Shown: positions 11,460-24,419, numbered from the stretch's first letter. The stretch: 64,000 nt of DNA from Callorhinchus milii (GCF_018977255.1 NW_024704742.1:128218001-128282000), one strand, 5' to 3'. A program made the numbers and translations. Notes: generated from the sequence alone by a model not told the origin.

Positions 11460-12800
11460 TAAACAACAATAGCAAAATTACATTTGTAAAGTGCATTTCA
11501 CGTGGGGAGGATGTCCCAAGGTCCTGAACAGTCGGGGATCAGGACCTGAGCGTGGGGGGTAGGGTTTGGATGAGGGAGGGCAGAGAGGATAGGAGGGCAG
11601 CTGAAGGCATATTAAAAAGGAGGGTCTTGAGACGTGCCTTGAAGGAGGCAAGACAGGGAGCAAGGTGAAGGGATTATGGGATGGAGTTTGAAAGAGTGGG
11701 GGCAGAGAGGCTTAAAGCCTCGCCAACGATGATAGGGCAGGTCAGGTGGGAGACCTGGAACAGGCCAGAGCCTGCTGAGTAGAGGGAGTGGACAGGTTGA
11801 TAGGGGGTCAGCAGGTCAGAGATGTAGGAGGGGGTAAGGTCATAGAGGGCCTTGAAAGTGAGGACGAGGATTTTGAATTCTATCCTCTGAGGAATGGGGA
11901 GTCAGTGGAGCTGGGCGCAGGTGGGGGCTGATGGGGTCATGGAGCCTGATGAGGGAGAGAACACAAGCTGCAGAGTTCTAGATGATCTGCAGCTTGTGGA
12001 GAGAAGAGTTGGGGAGGCCGACAAGGAAGGAGCTTCCGTAGTCGAACCTTTAGGTGACAAAGGCGTGTATGAGGGTTTCGGCGGCCTGAGGGGTGAGGCA
12101 GTGGTGGTGTCACGCCATGTTGTGGAGGTGGGGAAGGCAGAGCGGGTTATGGCACAGATATGAGGGAGAAAGGACATTTAGGGTCAAAGGTTCCTAACTG
12201 GCTTGGTGAGGTGGAGTGTGCAACCATGAATGCTGATGCCGCCAGTGCCCGAGATTCTGAGGCACTGGCATGAGCCAATCAGGAGAGCCTCAGTCTTGCT
12301 GACATTCAGCTGCAGAAAGTTGGCTCTCATCCAGGACTTGAAGTCAGACAGACAGTCAAGGTGGTCAAGGTGCTAGCTGTCCTGGAATCGAGGGTGGAGG
12401 CAGAGAGATGGAGTTGGGTGTTATCCGCGTACATGTGGAAGTTGACTCCATGTCTGCGGATGATGTCACCAAGGGAGAACATCTATAGGTTGAAGCGGAG
12501 GGGACCGAGGACAGAGCCCAGAGGAACACCACACGAAACTATGCGGGACCTGAAAGAAAAACCGTTGGCAGAGACATTTTGGAGATGGTGTGAGAGATAA
12601 GCCCTGAACTATTCAAGGACAGAACCTTGAAGGTTGAGATGAGAGGAGAGGCAGTAGAAGAGGATGGTGGTCCACGGTACCGAAGGTAGTCGAGAGGTCG
12701 AGGAGGACGAGGAGACAGAGGGAGCCCTGGTCACAGATGTCATTTGTCAACTGGTCAAGCAATATATCGTTTGTCACCTTAACCAGAGCAGTTTCCATGA
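11460..12800 (-). mobile_element. L2 LINE RT fragment and 3' end
   Basis: ETALVKVTND and LVLLDLS motifs on the minus strand; CAA tail near 11460. Confidence 0.9.
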
Positions 12801-13307
12801 GAGGAGTGGTAGGAGAGGAATGAGCGAAGCTGGGAAGCAACAACTCTTTCAAGGATGGAGACTCAGTTTACATGCAGCAAGGTTACAACAACAACAACAA
12901 TAACAACACACAACATGTTGCATTTATATAGCATCTTTCAATTCGGGAGGACATCCAATGGCAATACAACGTCATAAGGTCACAACATCTCATTCACCCA
13001 GAACACCTGCCCTACTGTCCTCCCATAGCATTCAGCTGTTTTTTTAAGGTGCCAGTAATTCTATCACTTTCACGAGAAGCACTTTTCAACCTCAGTATGC
13101 CAGAAAACGATCAGACCTTGTAAAAAGGGGCACATTTGGACTGTTAGGGTTTATTGTAGAGTCCTGTAGCTCACTGATTAGAGCACTCGCCTTGCAAGCG
13201 AGAGGACTAGTTCAATTCCCGGCAGGACAAAATGTTGGACAAGTTTCCTTACTCCATACGCCTTTGTTTACCTAGCAGTAAGTAGGAACCCAGTTGTCAG
13301 TAGGAAC

Positions 13308-13767
13308 CTGCAGGGACACAGGACTCTCCTTCAGCTGCAAAGCAACGTCAGCAAAGTTGGAACTGGGATTGGCTTTGAAGCATAGTTTCAGCAGATTGTT
13401 CCAATGACATGATTAGCTATCTGCAAGGATTGACTTGGCTGAAGCAATTGGCCGATCTTGCAAATTAGCCTCCAATGTGTGTAATCCCAGATACCTTATC
13501 TTAAATATCTGAAAGGACGTCCTCCCGACGTGAAAGGCGCTATATCAAATGCAAGGATTATTATTATTATTATTATTAAAGTGGGCCCACCATTGCGGTC
13601 TAATATATGGTACTTTATATATATTTCTGCATAAGGATATCTGTGTAGGGGCTCTTAATACTAAGTGCAAATATGTCACACATGACATGTTTACTCAAGG
13701 AACTTCTGCTTCAAATATTGATTTCAAGTGACGTTCCCACAAGTCAACATCACAGATGTCCGGATGT
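13308..13767 (-). pseudogene. Pseudo-exon Q (kinase subdomains VIII-XI like), with an L2/SINE tail inserted at ~13516-13581
   Basis: ttttttcttaattaag| acceptor. Motifs LVGTSLE, FEAEV and CDIFALSI require frameshifts. The frame rejoins across the insert (aaag duplication) to ...HWNNLLKLCFKANPSSNFADVALQLKE, like L..CW..dP..RP.F.ei...L. Confidence 0.7.
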
Positions 13768-14473
13768 CTTAATTAAGAAAAAAACACAAATTTGACCTCG
13801 TTGCACAAAAACTTGGGCCACTGCCTCAGAGAATATATCATTTTGTTGAGTGATTTCAAAGCCAAAAGGACTTTGCACATACTTGAAATTGGCTCACTGG
13901 GAATTTTAGTTACAGGAAGCATGAGTGACTATCTGGCTCCATATGGAACCCATATGGTCAAGGCCAGTGTTGGCCAAACTTTATGGTTGGCGAATAAAAT
14001 AAAGATTTTTGATTAAATATTCAATCAAGAAAATCCTGGAAATACACTACCAATCAAACACAGACATATGTAAACTAGTGTGAATGTTTAGAGTTGGTGG
14101 AGGGACACTTTTTTACTGCCTTGTGGACTGGACATGGCCCGTGGCTGTAGTTTGGCTGGCACTGGTATAGGCTGACACGTCAATATGTTGCATTGTTGGA
14201 AGTGAATTTTGTAGATGTATTTATGCCCAGCAATGTTCCCCAAACAGTCATATAGTAAATGGCCAATTTTATCTGGGGGGTTGTTGGTCAGAAAACCAGG
14301 AGAATCTCTTAATCTTTTTTGAATAGTGCCATGAGTTCTTTATCAACCACCCGAATAGGCAGATGGGAACTTTAATTTAAGGTTTAATTCCTCATCTGAA
14401 GGAAGGCACCTCTGACAATTCAACACAAAGTCAGGATGAGGTTTGAACCCCACAAGCTCCCCAAGTGGAACAC

Positions 14474-14640
14474 CTATGAATCAGTCTATAACTCTAGGAA
14501 AGTCAATTGTGTACAAGTTGGACACTAAATGTTTCAAATTAGACCACAGAAGAATCAATCAATAAAGTATACGGTGTTGAACAATAGCTGATACGTGGAG
14601 AGCATAATCCCCATTCATAGTCAATGGAGGAAGATTCTCT
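14474..14640 (-). pseudogene. Pseudo-exon P (kinase subdomains VIa-VII like)
   Basis: Long pyrimidine tract ending ctcag|. Reads MNGDYALHVSAIVQHRILY*LILLWSNLKHLVSNLYTIDFPR, matching the LH..IVHRDL..NILL..(K)LIDFG spacing of protein kinases, with HRD and DFG altered. Confidence 0.65.
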
Positions 14641-15021
14641 CTGAGGTTATTAGAGTAAAACAGAAATACAAAAATTATTATATGTTATTATTTGAAGGGC
14701 ATTCAGGAGATATCCAGCAAGGCTACGATTATTATTAATTGGTAGCAAATGGTAGGTTAGAGTTTCTGATCTCAAAATTTATTATGGTTTTATTATGAAT
14801 TTTGTAAAACCTTTAATTTGCAATAACTAAAACAACTTGTACCTATATAGCAATCTTCACACAGGGTAGTATCTCAGGGAGCTGCAATTTAGTGTAATTT
14901 GGATGTCAATTCCTGTTTTAAGAAACTGCAGAAAACCAGCTTTTAAACTGAGGATATTTTGTCTCATACAGACGTACAAATGATGGGAGAAAGTTGTTTT
15001 TCTAAAAAGCCTTGCTTCAGC

Positions 15022-15420
15022 TTATGGGCGTAACTCTAAACTCTGTCTGGTAAATGAAAGCTCATGATTTTTCACCAAAGTCCCAGCTGTCATCTCGGGT
15101 AATTGAAATGACGTTGGCAGGTGAATGCAAAATAAAGATAAACAAGTTGATGCGATCACGCTAATTGAATCTTTAATTTCCCTGTTGCAAAGATTTAGTA
15201 TTCTGTGTGATGGTGGGACAGTCCTTGTCATCAATTTCTCAGCATGTACGAATTTATATGAGATAAGGGTTGGGGTAAAATGCATCTTTTTGAAGATCCC
15301 ATTAAATCTCCTAATATTCTACAATTTTATAGTTTACAATGCCATAGGTCACTTTAATCTCAGTGTCAAAGGATTGCTTCATTGCTGAGAACAGAAGAAT
15401 CCATGTTTTGCTGTATTATC
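15022..15420 (-). pseudogene. Pseudo-exon O (putative kinase N-lobe region)
   Basis: gttcag| phase 0, in frame with track ORF 15022-15285 (...KLMTRTVPPSHRILNLCNREIKDSISV...). The 3' boundary is not defined. Confidence 0.45.
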
Positions 15421-16080
15421 CTGAACTCATTTTATTAAATTATTAATCTACTCTGGGTACCATTTTGTCTCACCTATGCTCTCTTCAAAGTAGAGGATAT
15501 AGAGCAAGGGGGAAAGGGAGCAACAGGTTAAAATGCTTTGAGATCTTCATCCTAAATGAAAAGCAGAAGTAACTTTGTAAATTTTACAAATACAGCATTC
15601 AATATGATATACAATACTTTTTAAATCTCTGTAGATACCACTTAATAATATTAAATTGACCTACTAACCCTTACCAACCTTCCCTCCGCTCAGTGGGAAA
15701 TGGCTTGCTCCATGTCCCCTGCCCTACCAGCCCCAGCCTTTCAGGGTTTTTGCCCCAATCCTCTGGAACTCCACCCTGGAATCCCTTCACCTTGCTCCAT
15801 CCCTTGCCTCCTTCAAGGGCCATCTGAATACCTTCCCTTTTGATCATGCCTTCAGTTATCCTCCGACCGCCATCTCCCTTGGTCCCCACCCCTTCTTGAT
15901 TCCAACACTAAGCTCGGGTGCAAACCTCAATTGACCAGTGCCTTGGGACATCACCCCGATATGAAAGGTGCTATATAAATGCGATGTGTTGTTGTCCTTG
16001 TTGTAAATGATTCAATGATTGAAGTTATGTGGCTAATGATTGGTTAATACTTAGTCATTAGGCAGTCCAGTTAGCAAGAC

Positions 16081-16644
16081 CTTAGATGTATATTTCTGCT
16101 GGATGTGGAAAGCTGGGTTTTCTGGATGGATGGAGCATTCTTAAAATCAGGATCTTATTGATGGTGCCAGACAGTGGTGAAATGTTGCATGGCTAACAGA
16201 TTCCTAAAGAAAAAACATTGGCTTGAAGAGCTAGGCATGTGTAAAAGGTCTTTATGATAGGAGAAAGATGCAATGTTGAAAGTAAAAAAAAGAGCTTCAG
16301 TTGTGTTAGTCTCACAGAGGTGACAAGATAATGGAAGGAACTGTGGCATTAACATGTAAGTGTTAATTGGAATTCCAGGTGGTAGTTAGTTTTACAATCT
16401 GGTAAAATGGGTTCTGTGTTTCGATATTCTGTGATCCAAATAGAAATAGGATAATGTAGTAAGGTGCTTTGAAGTAGAAATCATTTTAATGGATGTGTCC
16501 TATTGGTTTGGGCTATATTGCGGGGCGATGAGTAACTACCTTCAAAGAAACTTGTGTTGAAATAGATTCACTGGAATCAAGGAACATAAGAGTAAGCCAG
16601 GTGACAGCTTTACTCATAAGAAATGATTCCTTCATGGCAACATT
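16081..16644 (-). pseudogene. Pseudo-exon N
   Basis: Very strong acceptor ttctttctgacctccctgttcttctactctttgcacag|; 564 nt, phase 0->0. Reads NVAMKESFLMSKAVTWLTLMFLDSSESISTQVSLKVVTHRPAI*PKPIGHIH*NDFYFKAPYYIILFLFGSQNIETQNPFYQIVKLTTTW. The 3' half has many stops and the start phase does not match exon M. Confidence 0.65.
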
Positions 16645-17216
16645 CTGTGCAAAGAGTAGAAGAACAGGGAGGTCAGAAAGAAATGGTATGATCTGGAGAG
16701 GAGGGATTAGATATGTGGTAAAAGTATGTTAACCCTGCAAGCCAAAGGCCTATCAGGTAGGGCTGTCCTTGCTTGACAAGCAGTAGGAAGCTTGCTATAC
16801 AGTGCTCTAAAAAGCAAGTTATGTGTTTTTAGCTGGTTAAATTCCAGCAGTACCCCAATACACACTCTGGGGTCCCCAAACCTTGCCTCTTGCTGATGTG
16901 TACCTATTACTCTACGGAATTAGTAACCACTGTGTTTCTGTCTGAGACGTACAGTGCACATTTCATTGCAGACAATGGACAATTCCTACGTGCAGGTGGA
17001 ATACGTAATGTGGAACTCTCAGACTGGTCTGACTACTCTCACGCATCGTGATGTGTTTCTGTATGTGTCAGACACCTGGCTCACCCAAATAAGTGTGTTA
17101 GAGGTAAATGCTGCAAAATGAATATGAAGTATCTAATGGATTTAGTTGTTTTACTTTACGGTGCATTAGTAGTATTGATTGGCTCTGCACAAGGTGAATT
17201 GATTTAATTCACTCAC

Positions 17217-18365
17217 TTTGCCATAGCAAACTAAAAGCTTTGGAAGGAACTGGATTCAGAAAAGTTCATTGCCACAGTTGCCATCATTACATCCTGCAGG
17301 GCTGTTTCAAGTTTATTACAAATAAGGTCATGGATCTCAGTACAAGTGGAACATAAATTCTTATCTACAGTGGACTGCTTTGAAACCTTCCAGGAATTGA
17401 GTTGAAAAGACCATTATGATCAAGGAAGCAATTTTTTTATAGACTCCAATGTTTTGCTCCATGGCCTCATATCATTGCTAAATGTCAACAACTTTGTTGA
17501 AATATTTTACACTCTTACCTTGAAGGCAATCTATATCTAAATTTTCTTCTTGAAGCACTTACACAATTTTCAACAGTTGTGGGCAACAGCATTATCTAAT
17601 ATTCCCTCTGTCTGATGTAGCAGCGTGTCACCTTTTCAAAACATCTCAAAGCGTTTCACAGGATTTTACTGTAAACTGTAGTGACTGTATTTGTAGATGA
17701 ACACAGCAGCTAATTTTGTGTACTTTCAATGTTATAAGGTGCTATATCAAACGCAGGGATTATTAATTAATACTGTGTTGCTAACACAAGCAGAAAATCA
17801 TCACCATGCTAAAGAGTATGTAAACCAGACTGAGATTTTCATGCACATCTACATATGGATATTTTCTTGTCTGGAATAGAATACAAACTCCATTCTTACC
17901 TAATCTCAGAGAGTACAAGGCACAGGCTGGCAAGAGCCAATGCTTAGGGACCCAGTTCATGATTAACCTATCAGCCTGGATCATGTAGCAGTCGCTTGAC
18001 TGCTCTTTAATCTTGAGTCAGAGGTTGTGAGTTCAAGCCCCACACTGGGACATTGAGTTCATAGTTCATAGTCTTGGCTGAAACTCCAATACAGTCCTGG
18101 GGATGATTTGTATTGGCAGAGGTGCTGTCCTTTGGATAAAATGTGCAACCAAGGTTCCTTTCTGCCAATTTAGCTGGACATTAAAGATCCCATCGCATTA
18201 TGTTTTGGGAAATTTGGCGATGTGATAAGGTGCTATATTAAATGCAAGGATTATTAATAAAGCTATAGCTTTTTGGAGATGTACTGAAGTTAATGCATTT
18301 GCTTCAACTCAGATTAGCAGACAGCAACCTTCTTCAGATACTTCAACTGATTTTCATTATATTCC
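17217..18365 (-). pseudogene. Pseudo-exon M (helical), split by ~630 bp of repeats
   Basis: taattttcag| phase 2 matches exon L. Reads EYNENQLKYLKKVAVC*SELKQMH*LQYISKKL, then after 17623 HQTEGILDNAVAHNC*KLCKCFKKKI...LCSTCTEIHDLICNKLETALQDVMMATVAMNF, ending aa|gtgagt. Confidence 0.7.
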
Positions 18366-19247
18366 CTGAAAATTATAACACATTTTTCTTGTACGACAAA
18401 GCAAATAAAGATGATCTTTACATACTTGAAAAGAATATGAAATTATGATGAAAAAAACATATTAAGTTGTTATAAGTCTGGTATAAAACAAGACCTTGAA
18501 AGTCATTATAGAGAATAACAATCAAAGGTCTTGTAACTTCTAGTTGAAGAACATTTTAATACCTGCCAGACATCTAGCTATTAATTAAAAGTAATGCCAT
18601 TATTTGAAATGCACAGTAAGACCTACTCAAAACATAGTGTGTCAGCAGAGTATTTCTGCTCTGAAAACCTATTAAGAAAAGGTGAAAGTCATATTGATTC
18701 ATCTATAACACAGTTTCTTTCGTGTTTTTCATAAGGCTCTGAAAGGTTAGGGATTACAATAGTTAAGAAATCCCTAATACACTGTAGAATGCTACAGTTA
18801 TATTGTAGCCCTCAATAATTTTCATTAGGTTAATTCATAACTGCAATTATTTTTACAAGAGTATAACAGATGTATTCTCCACACTGCAAGCTCTTCTTTC
18901 TGAAGAACAAAACTTGACAACCAGTATAAAATAGTTTGATGTATTTTGATGTAGGGAATAGATGGGTATGGGAAAAGGGATTAGGTGGAGTGGAGGCTAA
19001 TATACAGCACAAGCACCAGCATGAATTAGTTGGGACTAATGGCCGGTTTCTATGCTGTGACATTCTATGTAATTCTAAGTTATTTGTGTAAATGCGACAT
19101 TGGGGTAGGGGAGCTGATCGTAACCTGTGCTGCGATAATTAACACAGAGTTAATTAGCACATTGATAGAAACAGCAGCTAGATAAATTCTATCCCATCCT
19201 GGGACTGCACTTACTTGCCTATTGTTTTGTTTTTACTTCCTACTTAC

Positions 19248-20659
19248 AGCACCTTGCATTTAGTTGTGTTAAGCAACATTTAATAAGCCCATGCGTGTAC
19301 CTTATTTGAGTTCTTTTTGAAAGATCAACATTCAAAATGATAGGCTGTGATGCTACTGCCAGATTTCTTCAATATACCCTGTAATGAAGGATTGGGAATG
19401 TCAGGGTTTCTTAGATGGAGAGTTTGACTGGTGTGGTACACACAGTCACACTGTGACACACACTCAGGAGGGACATACACCTACTGAGGAACAGAAGAGC
19501 CAAAGTTGCTTTGATCTTGGTGTTCAGTGGTGAATACAGACTGTGAAAGCAATGGCCTCACAATCTTTATGGCTTGTTGGGTTTTAAAAGTTGTCAAACT
19601 TTCCAAAAGTTGGAAAACTGGCTTGTAGTAGTCAATCGTCCATAGTCAAGTCGCTGTTTGATCCTTCAATATCGATTATGCCAATTTGTTGAAGCAAAAT
19701 TTAGGAAAGTCATCAAATTCAATGACTTACAGGAGTTAGTCCAATGGGTTATTGGTAAACATGTGTGCTAAGGAACAGAGTTAAAACTATTGCCATGTAG
19801 GCTTGTGTGCTGCAACCATAACATTTACACTACCAATTTAAATTTGGAAGGATATAGAATCATAGAATCATAGAATCGTACAGCACAAAAAGAGGCCATT
19901 CGGCCCATTGAGTCTGTGAATAGAGCAATTAATGTCAATCCCGCTTCCCAGCCCTTTCCCCATAACCCTGCAAACTCGTCCTCCTCAAATACCTGTCCAT
20001 CGCGCTTTTAAAAGTAGTTATCGAATCGGCCTCGACCACCCTTTCAGGTAATGCGTTCCAGATTCGAACTCGCTGCATGAAAAATTGCAAAATGAATTTT
20101 GCTCCTTGCTATTGTTTTATGCCAGTAGATCCTTTAAGGTTACTTGGGCAATTTATTTTTAGCATGTGATGGGACCTTTTTCATGAGGATATTTCATTGA
20201 AAGATTTGCTTTCTATTCCTTCGTCTTGATGTTTATGAACTGTGACGAAGACATTTTTTTAAGCTTTCCTGCAAAAGGCTGAAGTTCAGAAGCACTTGAA
20301 CAGGGCAAATTGTCAGTCATTTGCCAGCAATGTAAAATGGTTTGAGAAGACCTCCCAACATGGAAGGGCACTATCTAAATGTAAATTGTATTGCACTGTA
20401 AAACCATTTTGATTCCATTCTAATCTGATGTACAGAATCACAATTGTAAGCAATATCACTGCAGCGGCTTTGTGCTGGTGAAGATCATGTTAAAGTGACC
20501 AGGGTTCTGGATTTCATATCTCTCAACAACAACAACTCTCAGTACTTAACTGGATCACATTTTTTCAGTTTCAGTCCTCGATTTATATGGAGTCTTGAAA
20601 ACAGGCTCGTGAGAGAAACATTTTAATGGGATTGAAAAAGTATACACAGAACAATACTT
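19248..20659 (-). pseudogene. Large pseudo-exon L with CR1 and L2-tail insertions
   Basis: One frame persists over 19248-19855, e.g. LWTIDYYKPVFQLLESLTTFKTQQAIKIVRPLLSQSVF...PPECVSQCDCVYHTSQTLHLRNPDIPNPSLQGILKKSG, ending ct|gtaagt. The 20090-20659 part rejoins in frame across an insert at about 20338-20403 (tgtaaaa duplication). Stop density is high in places. Confidence 0.6.
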
Positions 20660-20852
20660 TAATAAAAATAATCCTGGCATTTGATATTGCATCTCATCAG
20701 GTCGTTGAGACATATAAAAATGCTTCACAGGATTTGCTGTAAATTTGTGTGACAGTGAAATCGTAAGATGCACCAGGACAGCAGAACAAGAGGATATATG
20801 TTTAGAGTTACAAAGGGCAATTTCAGGACAGATACCAGGAAGCTTTTGAAAG

Positions 20853-20990
20853 AAAGGCAAAATACTGCACATGCTGGAAATCTGAAATAAAAACAGAAGT
20901 CGCTGGAAACACTCAGCAGGTCAGACAGCATCTATGTAAAGAAAAAGGTGGGTTAACATTTCAAGTTGATGACCTTTTGTCAGAACTGAA
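20853..20990 (+). mobile_element. Penelope-like element terminal repeat fragment with a decayed hammerhead motif
   Basis: aaaatactgc..atgctggaaatctgaaataaaaacagaa...ctcagcaggtcag.cagcatct...gttaac.tttca.g...atgacc.tt.gtcagaact. The minus strand shows a CTGAnnA-hairpin-GAAA core. Confidence 0.65.
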
Positions 20991-23900
20991 CTTTATCCTA
21001 AGAGCAATTGATGGTTGAACAGGTTGCCGGAAGTGTGGCTGAAGCCAGGACACTGGACTCATTTAAAAAGCAGCTTGATACTGTAATGGGAGGATAGGAT
21101 GGTAGGAGAGTATTCTGGAAGGATGGGCTAAATGACCTTCTTCATCCAAACTAATCTTGTGATCATGTGAACAAGTAGTCAATTTGTGTGCATCAATGAC
21201 CCACAAACAGCCAGAAACTCTGTCTTTATCTCAATCCAGTTTGCATGGGAGGTTAAGTTGGTTCCAGACTTCCCAGTCTAGAGAGGGGAAAACCAGCCAG
21301 GGGTCCTGCTTCTTGTCCCTCTACAGCAACCTCTTTATACTGTGTGGGAGCTGGGAGGAGTTAGGTCCAGATGCCCTGTGGACTGCTGACACTTAATGGC
21401 TCACACATGAACAAAAGTCTCCTGGGCAGCAAAGGGAAGGGCGGTAGAGCCACAAGACAACCAGCATCCATGGATCCCTACCCCAGGAAGAGAGGTCAGA
21501 CCATAGAGTGGCTTACGCCAGTGGGGAGAAAATCAGAAAATAGCTGGACGCAGCAATTTTTTTATCTGAAAAAAAATCCCAGGTCTTGTCTTATGACTTG
21601 GTTGTACATAATGGATTTTCAATCTCAGGGTCTGGTTTAAGTAGCCTGACAAAATTGCCATTGTGCTCGGTGTGGAATTGCTTCTCTGTATGAACTAGAT
21701 AATGCAGCCCAGGTGTGAAATGAATAGCTTTGATCACCATGGAAACCAGGCATAGGCTGCAACTGAATCGCTGATTATATATCACATTGAAACATCATCT
21801 GAGCTGTGCAATATCCATATGCTGCAATTGCCTCTGCTTCGTCAGAAGAAAAATACCCAAATTCAAGCGTTGTTTGTGTATGTGTGTTTGGGGGTGGGGG
21901 GGTGTTTGGCGGGGGCGTGCAAGCTTTTCAATTCCCCCATCAACTTGGAAGCAGATCTATAAAGCAGCCAGTGATAGAGGAAATTAGATTTTGAAAACCT
22001 CACTATTTAAACAACAATAATTCTTCTATTTAAATAATAATAAAAATAATCCTTCATTTGATATAGCACCTTATCGTATTTTCAAGAGTCTCAAAACGCT
22101 TCACTGTAAAGTGAATTGACTATATTTTGTGGGTGAAACTCAGCAGTCAATTGCAAACAGCAGTGTCCCACAGACAATCATGGATTGAGTGACCAAATTA
22201 TTATTTTTAATATACTGAAAATTATTTTTTGGAAGGATTTTTACCCCTGAAAAAGTGAGATTAATGAATCTTAATGCACTCTTAGGATTTTTTTCAAAGT
22301 TCGTTTCGCAACAGTGGAATTGGTGAGGAAACAGATCCCAGCGTCTTAAAGTATTAAAGTAGTAAACATCAAGGTCCTGTAGTTTTATTATTTCTTTTTG
22401 CTCAGTGTGTGTTGATACATGTTCAAGCCCACTACAATGCTTAAAAGTTTCTAAACCAGACTGAGACTTTCACATCTGTATGCAACCTACACGTAGACAT
22501 TGCCCTGTGTTCAGAATGAAATGCTTTCTTTCTCTCTCTTGGTCTCTCTCCCTGGAGGAAATCATCCTTGCTTACCTAATTCTAGAGAGTATTAGACACA
22601 AGTTGCCAAGGGGATCCCAAAATGTCCGTTGGGACACTGCTGGAGTTTAACCAACTGAAACCATCTAGTTTGCCATTGTGAGCACTGTCTGGCAAGCTTC
22701 CCATTACTTGCCCAGCAAGGACTATCCTATCCATTAGGATGTTGCTGGTTAATCTCCAGTAGAACTCCCAATGCACATTCTGGGGTCCCTATACCTTGCC
22801 AGCCTACATCTACAACAACAAATTTACATTTATATAGCGCCTTTAATGTCAGGAGGTTATTCCAAGGCGCTGAACAGGGTTTGCTCCTGAGCTGCGAGTG
22901 GGTACCTGATACACCTATTACTGTAGGGGGTGTCCTGTCAGGCAGAGAGTGCACACACTATTCGACCACTGAGCTAACATAAGTGATGTGCATGTCAATG
23001 GAATCACACTCCAGTGGAAAGAAATTGAGTCAGTTGTCTTCAGGGTAGAAAGTAGGGATGAATTAGCAGAGAAAAAGAGTATTAAATATAGACAAATGAT
23101 CATTAATATAAGCTTTAACCATGTGCTGGTTTGTATAAAGAGAAGGGAGGGAATATTATTTAAAAAATCTATAACTCAAAACAAATGAGAAAATAATTAT
23201 AGAGAATAAGGCTGAGGGGAATGTTTACAAAATAAGCAATTTAATAGAGGTTCACTGAAGTTAGAATGGAGGAGAAAGCAATAACACTGCATATGTACAG
23301 AAAATCACATTAGCCAAAAACACAGGGGCTTAAATAACATACAGAGCATCATATATTTACAAACTCAAATTCTTCTTCAGTGATTACTTTTTTACATACA
23401 ATGTTTGTGAGATGTACCCAATAACATGATTATTATGTCTATTGTATGAACTCAATTGGTCGCACTCTCACTTTGGTTGTGGATTCAAGCCACACATCAG
23501 GACTTTGAACTCACATAGTCAAGGCTGACGCTCCATTGCAGTGCTGGAGGGAACATTGTTGGAGGTAATTGTTTGTTGCATTGTTGGAGGTAATAATAAT
23601 AATCCTTGCATTTGATATGGTGCTTTAGCATATCTTCGAGGTGCCGTATTTCGGATGAGATATTAAATCAAGATCCCGTTTGCTTGTTCAGGTAGACGTT
23701 CGAGATCCCATGGCCTTGCTTAAAATGAGAAGGGAGTTTCTCCCTGTGTCCTGAACGACAATCTACCCAGATAAAATTGATCATTCACTCAATACAATAC
23801 ATTCACATCGGGAGGACATCCCAAGACCCTGGACAGTCAGAGATTTGGACAATAGCTATTTGTGGGATATTACTGTGTGCAAATTGGCTGCTGCGTTCGC

Positions 23901-24136
23901 CTACAAAATACATAGTCACCATAGTTCATAGTAAATCCTATGAAGCGTTTTTGAGATGACTTCCTAATGTGAAAGGTCAAATAATAATAATAAACCTTAC
24001 ATTTTGTAAAGCGCCTTAACACATCGTTGAGACATCTCAAAGTGCTTCACAGGATATACTGTAAGGTGGATTGATTGTATTTTGAGGGAGAAATGTGGTA
24101 TCATTAATTTATAATAAATACAAGGGTTATTATTAT

Positions 24137-24306
24137 TCTGAACTTGTTTTGGAGAATACATGAATATCGGGTAAGTTGGGGTTGAAATGATATATGGCTA
24201 ACTGCAACATTATAGGAAACATGTTGTCTTTGTATCTTTATATCTGGTGTGCTTATTTTACAGATGAAGTTAAATGGAAATGTTAAAACTGCAGCAAATA
24301 TAACAT
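24137..24306 (-). pseudogene. Possible pseudo-exon K
   Basis: ccctttgcatttcaag| followed by an open frame VIFAAVLTFPFNFICKISTPDIKIQRQHVSYNVAVSHISFQPQLTRYSCILQNKFR, within track ORF 24104-24358. No clear donor. Confidence 0.4.
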
Positions 24307-24419
24307 CTTGAAATGCAAAGGGTGCATGGAATGTTAAAATTAACCCCTTGATTTCCAATTTCTCTGCATCTTTCTGTACACGCTGAGAAAGGTTTTAGAT
24401 ATCACAGGTTGAAATTAAC

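Noticed and set aside
14560..14625. Ankyrin reading of NGDYALHVSA
   Set aside because: The downstream IV.HR.L..ILL..IDF and the following exon fit kinase subdomains better.
14940..15420. Conserved non-coding element
   Set aside because: A long open frame in phase with exon N and its position before the kinase motifs favour a pseudo-exon, though a dual role is possible.
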